A DNA stretch of 64,000 bases, taken from assembly GCA_008690995.1 (NCBI GenBank), contig VRMN01000001.1, positions 1,240,001 through 1,304,000 on the forward strand, written 5' to 3'. Position 1 is the first letter of the stretch. The number at the start of each line of letters is the position of its first letter. The translations under genes and the position numbers were made by a program. Source of the DNA: Porphyridium purpureum. Its lineage: Eukaryota. The notes below the pieces were generated by a model that worked only from the letters and a program-made list of their open reading frames with translations, was not told where the DNA came from and did not search any database. This document shows, piece after piece, positions 32,312 to 42,629 of the stretch.

Positions 32312-34393
32312 TTACGACGACGCGTACTCGGAATAACTTTCAGCTGCGCGCATAATTTTGTCCAGAACAACGTCGGCAGGCTCTGCACCGCCGAGGTCTC
32401 CTACTTTCCGGGCTCGCACCGACAAGGTGCCTTCCTCCATCTCCGTTTTGCCGACGACCGCGGCCAACGGGATCTTTTCCAACTCCGCATTCCGCACCAG
32501 CTTGCCGATACGATCTCCAGTTATATCCACCTCGACGCGGATTCCCCGCTTGGACGCGCGCGCCTTAATATCATAGCAGTAGTCGAGCACGTCAGAGACC
32601 ACAGGAAGCAGTCTAAGCTGCACGGGTGCCAGCCACAACGGAAAATCACCGGCATAACTCTCCACAAGAATCCCAAAGAATCGCTCGATTGACCCGAAGA
32701 TTGCGCGATGTACCATGATCGGGCGCAGTCTCTCATTTGAACCGTCGACGTACTCGAGTTCAAAACGCTCCGGTAAGTTGAAGTCGCACTGCACGGTAGA
32801 GCACTGCCACAGTCGGCCAATGGCGTCCCGAATTTTGATATCGATTTTCGGGCCATAAAATGCGCCGCCGCCTTCGTCAACACTGTAATCCCAGCCTTTC
32901 ATGGCGAGTGCCTCACGCAGGGCGTTGGTGGCGTTTTCCCAAATCTCATCCGAACCTACTGACTCCTCCGGGCGCGTCGAAAGCATAATTTCGTATTCGT
33001 TGAACCCAAACCGGCTCAAAACACGCTCTATCAGGTCCAGCACGCCACGAATCTCCCTAGTCAACTGGTCTGGCAAGCAGAATATATGGGCATCGTCTTG
33101 AGTGAATCCACGCACGCGCATCAGGCCGTGCAGCGTTCCTGAGCGTTCATAACGGTACACAGTGCCTAATTCTGCCCAGCGAATGGGCAGCTCGCGGTAC
33201 GACTTGAGGCCTTCTTTGTACACGAGGCAGTGAAAAGGGCAGTTCATCGGCTTGAGCTGGTACTGCTCGTCTTCCACCACCATTTGATCAAACATGGACT
33301 CCTTGTAAAAGTCAAAATGACCCGACGTTTTCCACAAGTCCAAGTTGGCGAGATGCGGCGTGTACAAAAATTCGTAGCCGCCGTTCGTGTGCTCCATTTT
33401 CCAGAAATCCTCGATTATACGCCGAATTTGCGCGCCCTTGGGATGCCAAAAAACGAGGCCGCCGCCCGCGTCTTCCTGGATGCTGAACAGATCAAGTTTT
33501 TGGCCCAACACGCGATGGTCCCGACGCTTCGCTTCTTCCTTGAGCTTCTTGTACTGCTTTAGCTGCACTGGATTTTCCCAGGCCGTGCCATAAATCCGTT
33601 GGAGCATGGCATTGTTTTCATCTCCCCGCCAGTAAGCGCCTGCAATGGACTCGAGCGCAACCGCCTTGCCGTTGATCTTACCCGTCGACTCAACGTGCGG
33701 GCCCGCGCACAAATCCCACCATTCGTCACCGACTTTGTAAATGGTAATTGGCTCTTTTAGACGCTGCAGAATCTCGAGCTTGTATGGCTCGTTGATCTCT
33801 TTGATTCGTCGCTCAGCCTCTTCTCGCGTGACCTCTTCTCGGATCAGCGGTAAATCCTTCTTGATGATGGCCTCCATTTCCTTTTTGATCTTTTTGAGAT
33901 CCTCTTCGACGAAGGGTTCAGGCGTGTCGAAGTCATAATAGAAGCCGTTCTCAATCCAGGGACCAATCGTCACTTGCGCTTTCGGAAATAGCTTTTGCAC
34001 AGCCATGGCCATGACGTGCGCGCTGGTGTGACGGATGCGCAGCAGTGTTTCTGAAGACTCGTTCGTGGGTAGCTTGATCAAAACCTCTTCAGCAGTGTCC
34101 TGCGCGTCACCGTGCTTGGTCTCCGGCTTGGCGGCCACACAAACCAATGCCCTTCTTGCAGAGACACCGAAGTTTGTTTTTGCGCCATGACCTGGCAGCC
34201 GAGCCCATCCGCGTCTCCCTCTTCCCTGGAGAAAGATCGAGGACGACGAGGACAGAGACTTTGAGACTGAGTCACTTGCGCAAGAGCTTGCCAGCGCACA
34301 GTGCTGCCACCCCGATGTCCGACCCGACATCGCCATGCCATTGCCGTTGCCGGCACCGGCGGTGACGCCCATGCCCACGAATGCGCACGACAT
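32312..34393 (-). CDS. thrS: Threonyl-tRNA synthetase, organellar (bacterial-type)
   Basis: RHTSAHVMA, DLCAGPH, GAYWRGD, RDHR, KPMNCPFH, RVRGFTQDDAH and FYGPKID; transit peptide MSCAFVG. Confidence 0.97.
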   Translation of the reverse strand: MSCAFVGMGVTAGAGNGNGMAMSGRTSGWQHCALASSCASDSVSKSLSSSSSIFLQGRGRRGWARLPGHGAKTNFGVSARRALVCVAAKPETKHGDAQDTAEEVLIKLPTNESSETLLRIRHTSAHVMAMAVQKLFPKAQVTIGPWIENGFYYDFDTPEPFVEEDLKKIKKEMEAIIKKDLPLIREEVTREEAERRIKEINEPYKLEILQRLKEPITIYKVGDEWWDLCAGPHVESTGKINGKAVALESIAGAYWRGDENNAMLQRIYGTAWENPVQLKQYKKLKEEAKRRDHRVLGQKLDLFSIQEDAGGGLVFWHPKGAQIRRIIEDFWKMEHTNGGYEFLYTPHLANLDLWKTSGHFDFYKESMFDQMVVEDEQYQLKPMNCPFHCLVYKEGLKSYRELPIRWAELGTVYRYERSGTLHGLMRVRGFTQDDAHIFCLPDQLTREIRGVLDLIERVLSRFGFNEYEIMLSTRPEESVGSDEIWENATNALREALAMKGWDYSVDEGGGAFYGPKIDIKIRDAIGRLWQCSTVQCDFNLPERFELEYVDGSNERLRPIMVHRAIFGSIERFFGILVESYAGDFPLWLAPVQLRLLPVVSDVLDYCYDIKARASKRGIRVEVDITGDRIGKLVRNAELEKIPLAAVVGKTEMEEGTLSVRARKVGDLGGAEPADVVLDKIMRAAESYSEYASS

Positions 34394-34631
34394 TGGGATT
34401 CGCGGCACAGCAGGAACACGACTCCTGACCCCAGCACGCAGCGCGGCGCCCACCAGGCACATACAACGACGGAATCACGCGCCCTGGACCTTTCTCCCCG
34501 CAATCTCAACCACCACGCTACTCCCGCGCTGCGTCCACGCTCTCTCGGCGGCTCACACTCGAGCTCGAAAACATCCGGCAAGCTGTTCACAAAATCACTG
34601 TACTTTTTAGTTCAGTTAAAGGGACTATTTC

Positions 34632-36341
34632 TTACAACAAAGGGTTGTGGCTGGGCAGCATCTGGCCGTGAAACCCGTGCGGGATGGGCGCGGATGTGTA
34701 GCAACGTGCCAACTCGGTCATGGAGCTGGCGTCCAGGATCAGCAGGAAGCTTTGCTTGCGCGCGCCGTCATGGACAATGCTGAGCAAGACGCCGTCGTCC
34801 TCGCGCCGCGCGTCAGCAGAGGCAGGGACAAACAGCGGCTCGTCCGGGTAGCAAAAGGGGCTCTTCCACGTCACACACTCTCCGGAAACGCGGTCAACCT
34901 TCACCAGGCGGTCCGACAAACTGGTAGTCTCCCCGATTTCCCGGCTGATGCCATACGCGAAACGGTATTCGCGGGCACGGAATTTGTCATTCACGCATGG
35001 CATGTCAATATGTACCGGCCCGACCACGCGTGCCTCCGCACGAGGCCGGCCGGTAGCGGCACGCGGTCTCTTACCGACGTCTGTTAACGTGTACTCCATA
35101 AGCGATGCCTTCGGATACGAAACTTCACCGCTGCGGAGATTTTCCACATCCAGACCATCCAGACCGTTCATCGCTTCGTAATGGCAAACGTTCAGCACAA
35201 TATCGTCGCCCCGCTCAAACGCGTTCACAGTATGGTAGAAGAAGAAAGCGTCATGCTCATACACGCACTTTAACTCGCCATTCTGTCGGTCCACCACGTA
35301 AAATAGTGACGGGTCGCTTGCTTCGAATCGCAACGCATCCACATACGAGGCACGAGAAATCATTCTGCCAACGTCCAGATACGCAGGAATGATTGCCAGG
35401 ACCACGTACTGTCGCGTTATGAAAAAGCTATGGCAAAATGTGTTGTTTCCAACCTGCACTTCGGCTATGACAGACGCTTTGTTGTCCTTCTCGCCAGGAA
35501 TGCTGATGATAACATGCTTGCCTCCCATAGCCTGATAGATTGCAATGTATTCGCCAGTCTCCGGGTCAACAAGCGGATGGGCAGATCCAACGACACCCAT
35601 CGGAATTCTTTTCTCAAAGTATTCAGAGTAGAGCTTCAGGCGCCCACGGCGCTCCATGCTCTCTAAGTCGTATTCGAACAGAATGGGCGCATCCGTGAGC
35701 AACACATCCTTGCCGCGAATTCTGGCCGTGTTCACATTGACATTGACATCCCCGCCACTGTACTTGATTGTGCTAAATGCGCGTTTCGCGAATTCAAACA
35801 AAGAGCCACCACCCTCGCCTCTCTTCTCACCGAATGTGAACATGTCTGCCTTAGACGCCTCGGACCATGTTCGCAGTCGCGCGGGGTACATGCTCTTGGC
35901 ATGAAACAGGACCGAGCCATCGGCTTCGAACGAAAACTTTCGCAGAGCTCCCAACCCATCAAACCAATGGCGCAGAGTGAACTTCTTAAAGTCCCAAACG
36001 GCCGGTCCATTCATGACGTATGTGAGCCCGTGCAGCATGGTCGGGACGTGCCCTTCAATTTCATCAGCGGACAGCACTTCCTTGAGCTCCACTTCCTGCA
36101 TATTTTCGTAACCAGCGCCGTCCAGGTTCTCCTGCTTTGCTGGCTGTTCGCCACGCGACTGCAACGAGTCAACCCGGGCGTCGTTACTGATTGCCATTTT
36201 CGACGGCGCGCCCCTGGTCCGGGTTGCGCGCGGTGGTTGGCAGGATACCGGCCTGATGCAGCGCGTGCATGCGACGTCTTTCTGCAGGCAGGGCCTGCCG
36301 GCATGGCTCGCCGCCACAAATCCGTGTCCTACGAAAGCCAT
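34632..36341 (-). CDS. Carotenoid cleavage oxygenase (RPE65/CCD family), plastid-targeted
   Basis: HWFDGLG; four Fe-binding His in SAHP, FCHSF, YHTVNAFE and HGFHG; EPLFVP...EDDGVLL; transit peptide MAFVG. Confidence 0.95.
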   Translation of the reverse strand: MAFVGHGFVAASHAGRPCLQKDVACTRCIRPVSCQPPRATRTRGAPSKMAISNDARVDSLQSRGEQPAKQENLDGAGYENMQEVELKEVLSADEIEGHVPTMLHGLTYVMNGPAVWDFKKFTLRHWFDGLGALRKFSFEADGSVLFHAKSMYPARLRTWSEASKADMFTFGEKRGEGGGSLFEFAKRAFSTIKYSGGDVNVNVNTARIRGKDVLLTDAPILFEYDLESMERRGRLKLYSEYFEKRIPMGVVGSAHPLVDPETGEYIAIYQAMGGKHVIISIPGEKDNKASVIAEVQVGNNTFCHSFFITRQYVVLAIIPAYLDVGRMISRASYVDALRFEASDPSLFYVVDRQNGELKCVYEHDAFFFYHTVNAFERGDDIVLNVCHYEAMNGLDGLDVENLRSGEVSYPKASLMEYTLTDVGKRPRAATGRPRAEARVVGPVHIDMPCVNDKFRAREYRFAYGISREIGETTSLSDRLVKVDRVSGECVTWKSPFCYPDEPLFVPASADARREDDGVLLSIVHDGARKQSFLLILDASSMTELARCYTSAPIPHGFHGQMLPSHNPLL

Positions 36342-36686
36342 TTCGCGTCGCTCACAAGAGGAACGCTACGATGGCTACGCGCACAACCTTCAACACAACG
36401 TTTCTCCACCACCACCGTCACTTATGTCGTAAGATTTTCGAGCCCTTCCAGCGACAAGAAACCTTGAAACCATGGAAATCGCTGTACCTCCACATGAAGA
36501 AAAGTACAGTCGGGCACGTTTTCACGGTTACGATTTGAGCGAGCGTCACCTGAACCGGCCGCTACGCTTCTTTCTAGAAAATGGCACTTTCTGATTCGCG
36601 CATTATTGTAGGGTAGCGGGTTCACGTGAAACGAATTGCGGGAGAAAGGGTCGGAAGGTGGGCCTTGAGGAACGAAGGAGTAGAGC

Positions 36687-36995
36687 ATGGAAACAATGTC
36701 CAGCGCATCCCCGGACGCGGCGGTGGCGGCAGCGGCGTCTATGTCGTCGGCATCAAAGCGTATGACGATGGTGTCGCTGCCTTTCTCGTCGCCGTCGTCG
36801 CCGGCGATGTCGGGGCCGCCCGCAGTGCTCTTGGCACAGAGCAACCATGTGATGCGGGCGAGACTGGAGCTCGATTACGAGCGACTCTACGAGCATCAGT
36901 TCAAATACGCGGCAGCTGACAATGCAGCAGCGACGCCCAAGCGCGCTCGCGATGCAGACTTCCCCGCGCACGCCCAGAAAAGGCAGATGCGCTAG
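36687..36995 (+). CDS. Small hypothetical protein (102 aa)
   Basis: ATG in good context and a protein-like core RARLELDYERLYEHQFKY; fills an otherwise empty gap; no family recognised. Confidence 0.4.
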   Translation: METMSSASPDAAVAAAASMSSASKRMTMVSLPFSSPSSPAMSGPPAVLLAQSNHVMRARLELDYERLYEHQFKYAAADNAAATPKRARDADFPAHAQKRQMR

Positions 36996-37217
36996 CATCT
37001 TTTGTGCTTCAGGAATGTATCAACCACTTTGCTAGACCCACGCCACATGATGCAGCCGAAGGCGCCATGTAGGCTTGTTTGGATAGTGTTATTTAGAATG
37101 TACTCGACCCTCGTATGCTAGATACGAACAGAATTTATTGAATGCGAGTACGTGCTTTCGCGAAATTCGGGCCGAAAAAAAGATCAGTTCGTTCTTCAAT
37201 CCGTCCTGGCTTGGCAT

Positions 37218-37685
37218 TTACTTTGTGTTGCGAGGCTGCAGGTCCTCATCTAGATCCGGCACGTCACCCATGGTGCCTTCCTCGATCCACTTTTTGTACA
37301 TCACCTCGCCGCCGGGGAAGCCGCCCGCCAGTTCAGTCTTCCACTTCGGGTCAACACCCTTTTGCTGCCCTCGGTTGGAAATCATTTTTTCCACGTAGAC
37401 GGTAGGCTTCTTGTTGGGTGAGGAGGGCTGCTTGTCATCTTCCAACGCAGGCACCTTGCCCTTTGCGCCGCCATCAATCCACTTCTTGTAAAACGCCTCG
37501 CCTCCAGGGAATCCGCCGGCAAACTCAGTCTTCCACATGTCGTAGTCATCCTGCTTCATCCTCAGCTGGGAGCTGCGGCGCGCCGAGGCTGCGCACGCGC
37601 CCTTGCGCTGCAGGCAGGCAGCAGCCGCCGCCGTTGGCGGCGCTGCCTTCACTGACACCAACCCGGAACCCACAAAGCACTCCAT
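37218..37685 (-). CDS. Small plastid-targeted protein with a duplicated AGGFPGGE domain
   Basis: Transit peptide MECFVGSG; two ~37-aa repeats WKTExAGGFPGGExxYKKWIxxG...VPxLxxDxQP; strong GC3 codon bias. Confidence 0.85.
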   Translation of the reverse strand: MECFVGSGLVSVKAAPPTAAAAACLQRKGACAASARRSSQLRMKQDDYDMWKTEFAGGFPGGEAFYKKWIDGGAKGKVPALEDDKQPSSPNKKPTVYVEKMISNRGQQKGVDPKWKTELAGGFPGGEVMYKKWIEEGTMGDVPDLDEDLQPRNTK

Positions 37686-38101
37686 CCTTGACCCTCTTCT
37701 TCGCCAGTCCACTGTTCCACCGCGGCATGCTCGTGATTGATATACCGCATGTTCTAACCGTCACGACATTCTGCATGTCATGTTCTCGGACAAACCCATT
37801 CGGTTAGTCAGCCAAACGATGCTACACCGCCCCGCAGTTGCGACGCTTTGGCTCGCACCGTCTTGCGCAGCCACCAATCTGAGTTCGTAGTTAAACACAC
37901 CCATTCTTGCCATAAAGCGCACCACTGGGAGGGACGGAAAAAATTCAGCGAGATCGAAAAAGTAGCGTGGGTGTACAGTTCATAAAAAGTACAGTGACAA
38001 GGTACAGTGTGGCGTTGAGGAAGAGGCTGAGGCCGTGCGCACTCCCGCAGCGAGGGGAACGGTGGTGCGTATTCTGATGGTGCGTGATCGCGGTGAGCGC
38101 G

Positions 38102-38917
38102 ATGGTGGTGGCGTTGACAGGAAGGAGCGCGTGGCGGTTGTGGAAACGTGCTGGAAGTGCTGTGCTGGAGCTGCATACTCGAGCTGTTCGCGTGGGTGCT
38201 TGCTCTGGTGCTGCAATGGACCGGCTGGAAGGAGCTGATCCGGAGCAGCGCGTGCTCATGGAGGAGCAGGTGATTTGTGTGGATCGCAACGATCAGGTGC
38301 TCGGGCCAGATTCGAAAAAGCGCACTCACCTGGCAGAGCATGGACCTATCCTACACCGCGCATTCAGCGTCTTTCTGTTCAACAAGGACCATGAGATGTT
38401 GCTGCAGCAGCGCGCAAGTGTCAAGGTCACCTTTGCTGATTACTGGACCAATACCTGCTGCAGTCACCCGTTGTATGTTGAGGAAGAACTAGCACCGGGT
38501 GGGGACACGCTGCTGGGCGTAAAGAATGCCGCGATTCGAAAGCTGCAACACGAGCTCGGCATTCCATGTCATACATTCACGCCGGACGATTTTCACTTTC
38601 TCACACGCATTCACTACCGTGCGCTGTCCGACTGCGGCGAGTGGGGTGAACACGAAATTGATTATGTGCTGTTTGCAAAGCGCGATGAGGTCGTCATTGA
38701 GCCGCAACCCAACGAGGTGCGCGGCATCAAGTATGTCACGCCCGATCAACTTCGCGATATGTTTGAGCAAGAGCATCAAAACCAGATCAAGTTAACACCC
38801 TGGTTCAAGCACATCATGAACCGGTTCGGATTTGAGTGGTGGGATGCATTCAAGGCCGGAAAGCTTGCCACGCACCTGCACGACCAGACTATTCATCGGT
38901 TCGTTTCGGATGACTAA
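38102..38917 (+). CDS. IDI1: Isopentenyl-diphosphate delta-isomerase type 1
   Basis: LHRAFSVFLF, LLQQRA, WTNTCCSHPL, WGEHEIDY and LTPWF; second in-frame ATG at 38216. Confidence 0.97.
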   Translation: MVVALTGRSAWRLWKRAGSAVLELHTRAVRVGACSGAAMDRLEGADPEQRVLMEEQVICVDRNDQVLGPDSKKRTHLAEHGPILHRAFSVFLFNKDHEMLLQQRASVKVTFADYWTNTCCSHPLYVEEELAPGGDTLLGVKNAAIRKLQHELGIPCHTFTPDDFHFLTRIHYRALSDCGEWGEHEIDYVLFAKRDEVVIEPQPNEVRGIKYVTPDQLRDMFEQEHQNQIKLTPWFKHIMNRFGFEWWDAFKAGKLATHLHDQTIHRFVSDD

Positions 38918-39079
38918 GACTTTCTTCCATTTTCTACGCAGCATGGCGTGGGAAAAGCAGGGAAGTGTCATTTGGATGCTCGTGCCTCGGTACCATTTTT
39001 ATATCTTGGTTCCCAAAAAATGAGTAGCGATACAATGTGAGGTGAATGCGAAGCAGACGCACGGACGTGAACCGATAGG

Positions 39080-40219
39080 TCACCTGTTCTCTCTGTATTT
39101 GGCCCAGCCAAACATGAACTGGCCAATCAGCGCAACGCCGAGCCCAAGCACATTGACTGGATTGGGGATGTAGTCCTTCGTCAGCATGCCCAGCACACTC
39201 TGGAGTGCATTCTTTGCTTGCGCCGACACCACCGTGGTGAGCGGCGATGTCACAGACGTGGCCAGAACGCTGCAGAATGTGATAGCAAACGCACTCAATG
39301 AGCTCGAGAGAAAAAGCGGGAAAAATTCTGGCCGCGTGAAAATGACATCGTCTTTGGCTATCATCATCTGATACACGAGCTTGGCCTCTCCGGACCCGAC
39401 CCAAATCAAGATGTTTGGCACGAGGTTGAATGAGAAGAGATACAGGCTGAGCACAAACGGAGAAATCGGATTCTCGCGGTCCATGGCCTTCTTAATCAGC
39501 ACTAGATACATTGCCGTGAAGGAATTGTTCGCGAACACAAGAACGTAGCCGAGTAAGGAGAAAGTAGCGTCTGACAAGCCGCTGATCACGGACCCAATGG
39601 CGATAATAAGAACAGCAATGGCGACATAGAGCGACGGATACTTATGTAGCTCTATCATTTCTGACATCATTGTAAATATGACGGTGAGCCTGCGGAGTGT
39701 GCTGAACATGGGGATATTGACGAGACCCAGCGCCCACAGGCCTACCATCACATTGCACCAGTTGCACAACGAGCACGGAATGAGTTGGATCATTTGAGTT
39801 CGTGAAATGCGCACTTCTGGAAGAAACCCCACGAGTCGCAACAGCACCACCAGGGAGATCGTGGTCACCGCCTGCGAGGTGTAAATTGTCAAGGGTCGGT
39901 TGAATAGATGAAGAAGCGCCTTGTTAATGAACACTGCCCCGACCGAGACACTGTTGAACAGTACCAGCACGAAAAGCGAGTACAGTGTGCTGTGGCCTAC
40001 TTTCTTGCCCGACTCCAGCGCATGCGCACGCGGACTGCTCCCGGTCAGCGGGCCGTCCGAGCCTTTCCTCCGCGCCGCCGCCTGGAGAGCTGCATTGGAG
40101 TCGCTTACCACCGTTTCTGCAGTTGTTCTACCTTCGTATAACGGGACAGTTGACTTCCTTGGCGACCTGGCCGAGAGCTCGGCCGCCGCAGTCATTTTTG
40201 CGTCCGACTGTTCAACCAT
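39080..40219 (-). CDS. Nucleotide-sugar transporter (SLC35D/TPT family)
   Basis: Multiple TM helices; FINKALL, NIPMFSTLRRLT and TSPLTTVVSAQAKN. Confidence 0.88.
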   Translation of the reverse strand: MVEQSDAKMTAAAELSARSPRKSTVPLYEGRTTAETVVSDSNAALQAAARRKGSDGPLTGSSPRAHALESGKKVGHSTLYSLFVLVLFNSVSVGAVFINKALLHLFNRPLTIYTSQAVTTISLVVLLRLVGFLPEVRISRTQMIQLIPCSLCNWCNVMVGLWALGLVNIPMFSTLRRLTVIFTMMSEMIELHKYPSLYVAIAVLIIAIGSVISGLSDATFSLLGYVLVFANNSFTAMYLVLIKKAMDRENPISPFVLSLYLFSFNLVPNILIWVGSGEAKLVYQMMIAKDDVIFTRPEFFPLFLSSSLSAFAITFCSVLATSVTSPLTTVVSAQAKNALQSVLGMLTKDYIPNPVNVLGLGVALIGQFMFGWAKYRENR

Positions 40220-40903
40220 TATGACTCGAACCACGCCGCACGTGCCACGAGCTCACGAGTCGCGCCGAACGAAAGATCGAAGCCTGAGTTCCCCCCACGC
40301 GTCAATCCGGGACAGATCGTGTCTACCCTTCCGTGCTGGTCGGCAGCTACCTGGTAGGCCTCTCACAAATGCAGATCGATGTCTCGCTGCAGTGGTCGCC
40401 CATCTCCACCGCATCCAACCGACTTGGAGCGCCATTGTTTCACCCATCCCGCTGCAAGCTCGCGCGCAACACATTAATTAACTTTTCTGTATGAGCGGAG
40501 GTACACTTGCGGGTCGATCGCCGCCCAACCTCCGTTATACTATACCCACGTAAGTGTACCCCGCCCGCTTTCAACTGTTCCAAGCGCGATCCACGCGCCG
40601 CGCAAAAAAGGCAGCACTGAGGATACCAGCACTGTACACAAGCAAAGGAACGTGTCGGCTTTGATAAAATCACCCCATTTTATTAGAAACCCGGCAGGTA
40701 CAGTATCTTTGTAGCCGTCGGGATTTTTTCACGTGGGTGCGTGTGCACGCGCAAGGGACGCCAGCGGCAGCAACATGGTGGCAAGTTGGTTGGTTTGGTG
40801 TACAGGTTATGTGATGTGGAGGAAGGAGCTGGTTAGACAGAGGCAGAGACACAGAGAGAGAGGCAGAAGGAGAGCGAGGAAAGCAGGAAGGGAGCGCGGG
40901 ACG

Positions 40904-42424
40904 ATGAAGGCGTCAGGTGAGACGCAGACAAGAAGTGGGGATGGCGCCATGGTGGCAGGAGCGGGGCGAGATATTGGGACAGGTGTAGAGGGTACTCCGT
41001 CCGTGGCGGCTGTGGGTGCGTACGACACGGCGGCGTCGGTTCGAGAGGAAAGTGCCGCGGTACCGGCGGGAGAGGTGTGGAAGACGCGAACGGTGCGCGT
41101 GGCTATGCTTGCGTTTGAGTCGCTGTGGACAGATGTGGTCGGCCCGGTCGCAGACTACGTGTGCGGCGTGAGCCAGCTGCTCGTGGCAAAAGGACACGAG
41201 GTGCATGTCTATGTGCGCAGCGAGGAAAAGAAGCACTCGTCTGGATTGGCACAGGAGCAGCGCCCGCCGTACGAGCTGATCAATGGCGTGCATGTGCACC
41301 GCGTGCCGTGCGCGCCGTTTGACCCGTCCGACTTGTTTGACAGCTGCGGTGAGGTGTGTGCGCAGCTCGTGTACTTTTTGGGGAAGACGGAAGAGTTCAT
41401 GGCTGCCCACTTTGACGTCGTGCATGCGCTGGACTGGATGACCGCGCATGCAGTTATCAACCTCAAGCTGAACACCACGCGCACGTGCATCTTTCACCTC
41501 TTCTCGTGCTCTCGCTCTCGAAACGCGGCGCGATCTATGCGCACACAGGGCGAGCTCCCGGAGCGCATTATGCAGCTCGAGGCCGAGGCCATTCAGCATG
41601 CGGACCGCGTCGTGTGCGCCACGAGTGCCCTGTGCGACGAACTAAAGCAGGCGTACGAGTTCGACTGGGAAAAGCTTCGCAAGGCGTCATTGGGCGTGGA
41701 CTGTGAACAGCTCTTTGACGCGCACGCGCTCGCGCCGAAGCAGCGGCGCCGACTGCGCGCGGAGCTGCTGAATAGTTCGGAGCACGGTCACGTCGTCTTC
41801 TTGTTTGCAGGCAGCATGACAGACTCCAAGGGATGTGAGGAACTTTTCAAATCGGCTGTCTCGCTTCTGTTGAGACAAAATCAACGCACGTGCCGTTTCG
41901 TTTTCTACGGGCGAGGCCCATGGCGTGAGAGACTGCGAATGCGTGCCGAGCAGCTCGGCCTGCTGTCAAGATTCCTCTTCTTCTTTGAGCCTCCAGGACA
42001 GGGAATGAAACCAGACGCGGTCGTTGCGAGCGATCTTAAACGAACTGAACCACGCGAGCCGACGCTGATGCAGTTGTATCACCTGTGCGACGTGGTGTGC
42101 GTGCCCAGTGTGTGTGAGTCGACACACGCATCTGTGTTGATGGCTTGGGCCGCGCGTAAGCCCGTTCTCACCAGCGACCACGCCGCGTTCCTGCAGCTCG
42201 TGCAACCTAGCGTCAACGGGATTATAGTCGAACCCAATGAGTTTGGCATTTCTTGGGGCCTAAACGAGCTGCTCGCCATGGACCCTGCGCGGCGCGCGGA
42301 GCTGGGCGAAAAGGGTCGCGTTGTGGTTGCCTTTGAGTACAGCTGGCTGCGTGTCTCTGAACATATCATGGGCGTTTACGAGGAAGTTGCGGGACCGTTC
42401 GCGTACAAGGTCCAGACCATGTGA
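40904..42424 (+). CDS. Glycosyltransferase family 4 (GT-B) protein, degenerate catalytic motif
   Basis: VAMLAFES...GHEVHV, DVVHALDW, ADRVV, FAGSMTDSKG, DVVCVPSVCES...AARKPV, NGIIV and YSW. Confidence 0.85.
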   Translation: MKASGETQTRSGDGAMVAGAGRDIGTGVEGTPSVAAVGAYDTAASVREESAAVPAGEVWKTRTVRVAMLAFESLWTDVVGPVADYVCGVSQLLVAKGHEVHVYVRSEEKKHSSGLAQEQRPPYELINGVHVHRVPCAPFDPSDLFDSCGEVCAQLVYFLGKTEEFMAAHFDVVHALDWMTAHAVINLKLNTTRTCIFHLFSCSRSRNAARSMRTQGELPERIMQLEAEAIQHADRVVCATSALCDELKQAYEFDWEKLRKASLGVDCEQLFDAHALAPKQRRRLRAELLNSSEHGHVVFLFAGSMTDSKGCEELFKSAVSLLLRQNQRTCRFVFYGRGPWRERLRMRAEQLGLLSRFLFFFEPPGQGMKPDAVVASDLKRTEPREPTLMQLYHLCDVVCVPSVCESTHASVLMAWAARKPVLTSDHAAFLQLVQPSVNGIIVEPNEFGISWGLNELLAMDPARRAELGEKGRVVVAFEYSWLRVSEHIMGVYEEVAGPFAYKVQTM

Positions 42425-42629
42425 GTAACCGCCCTCCTGAAACCTGGCTGCTGGTTTCAAAGATTTTTTCCCTCCTATCACCGCTGTTGGTTGCACATAT
42501 ACTAAAATGACCCAGTTTCGCCACAAACAAACCGTCACCGCAAACAGGGAAACCGATAGACCGCATATCCGGCGCGACGTACCCGTTCGCGGTGAGCCTA
42601 CGTTTGACTCACAACAGATAAGGAGAGCC

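Noticed and set aside
24391..42424. Possible isoprenoid cluster (UbiE, CCD, IDI) or glycan cluster (GT61, transporter, GT4)
   Set aside because: The genes are interspersed with unrelated housekeeping genes and have different targeting; co-location is explained by gene density.
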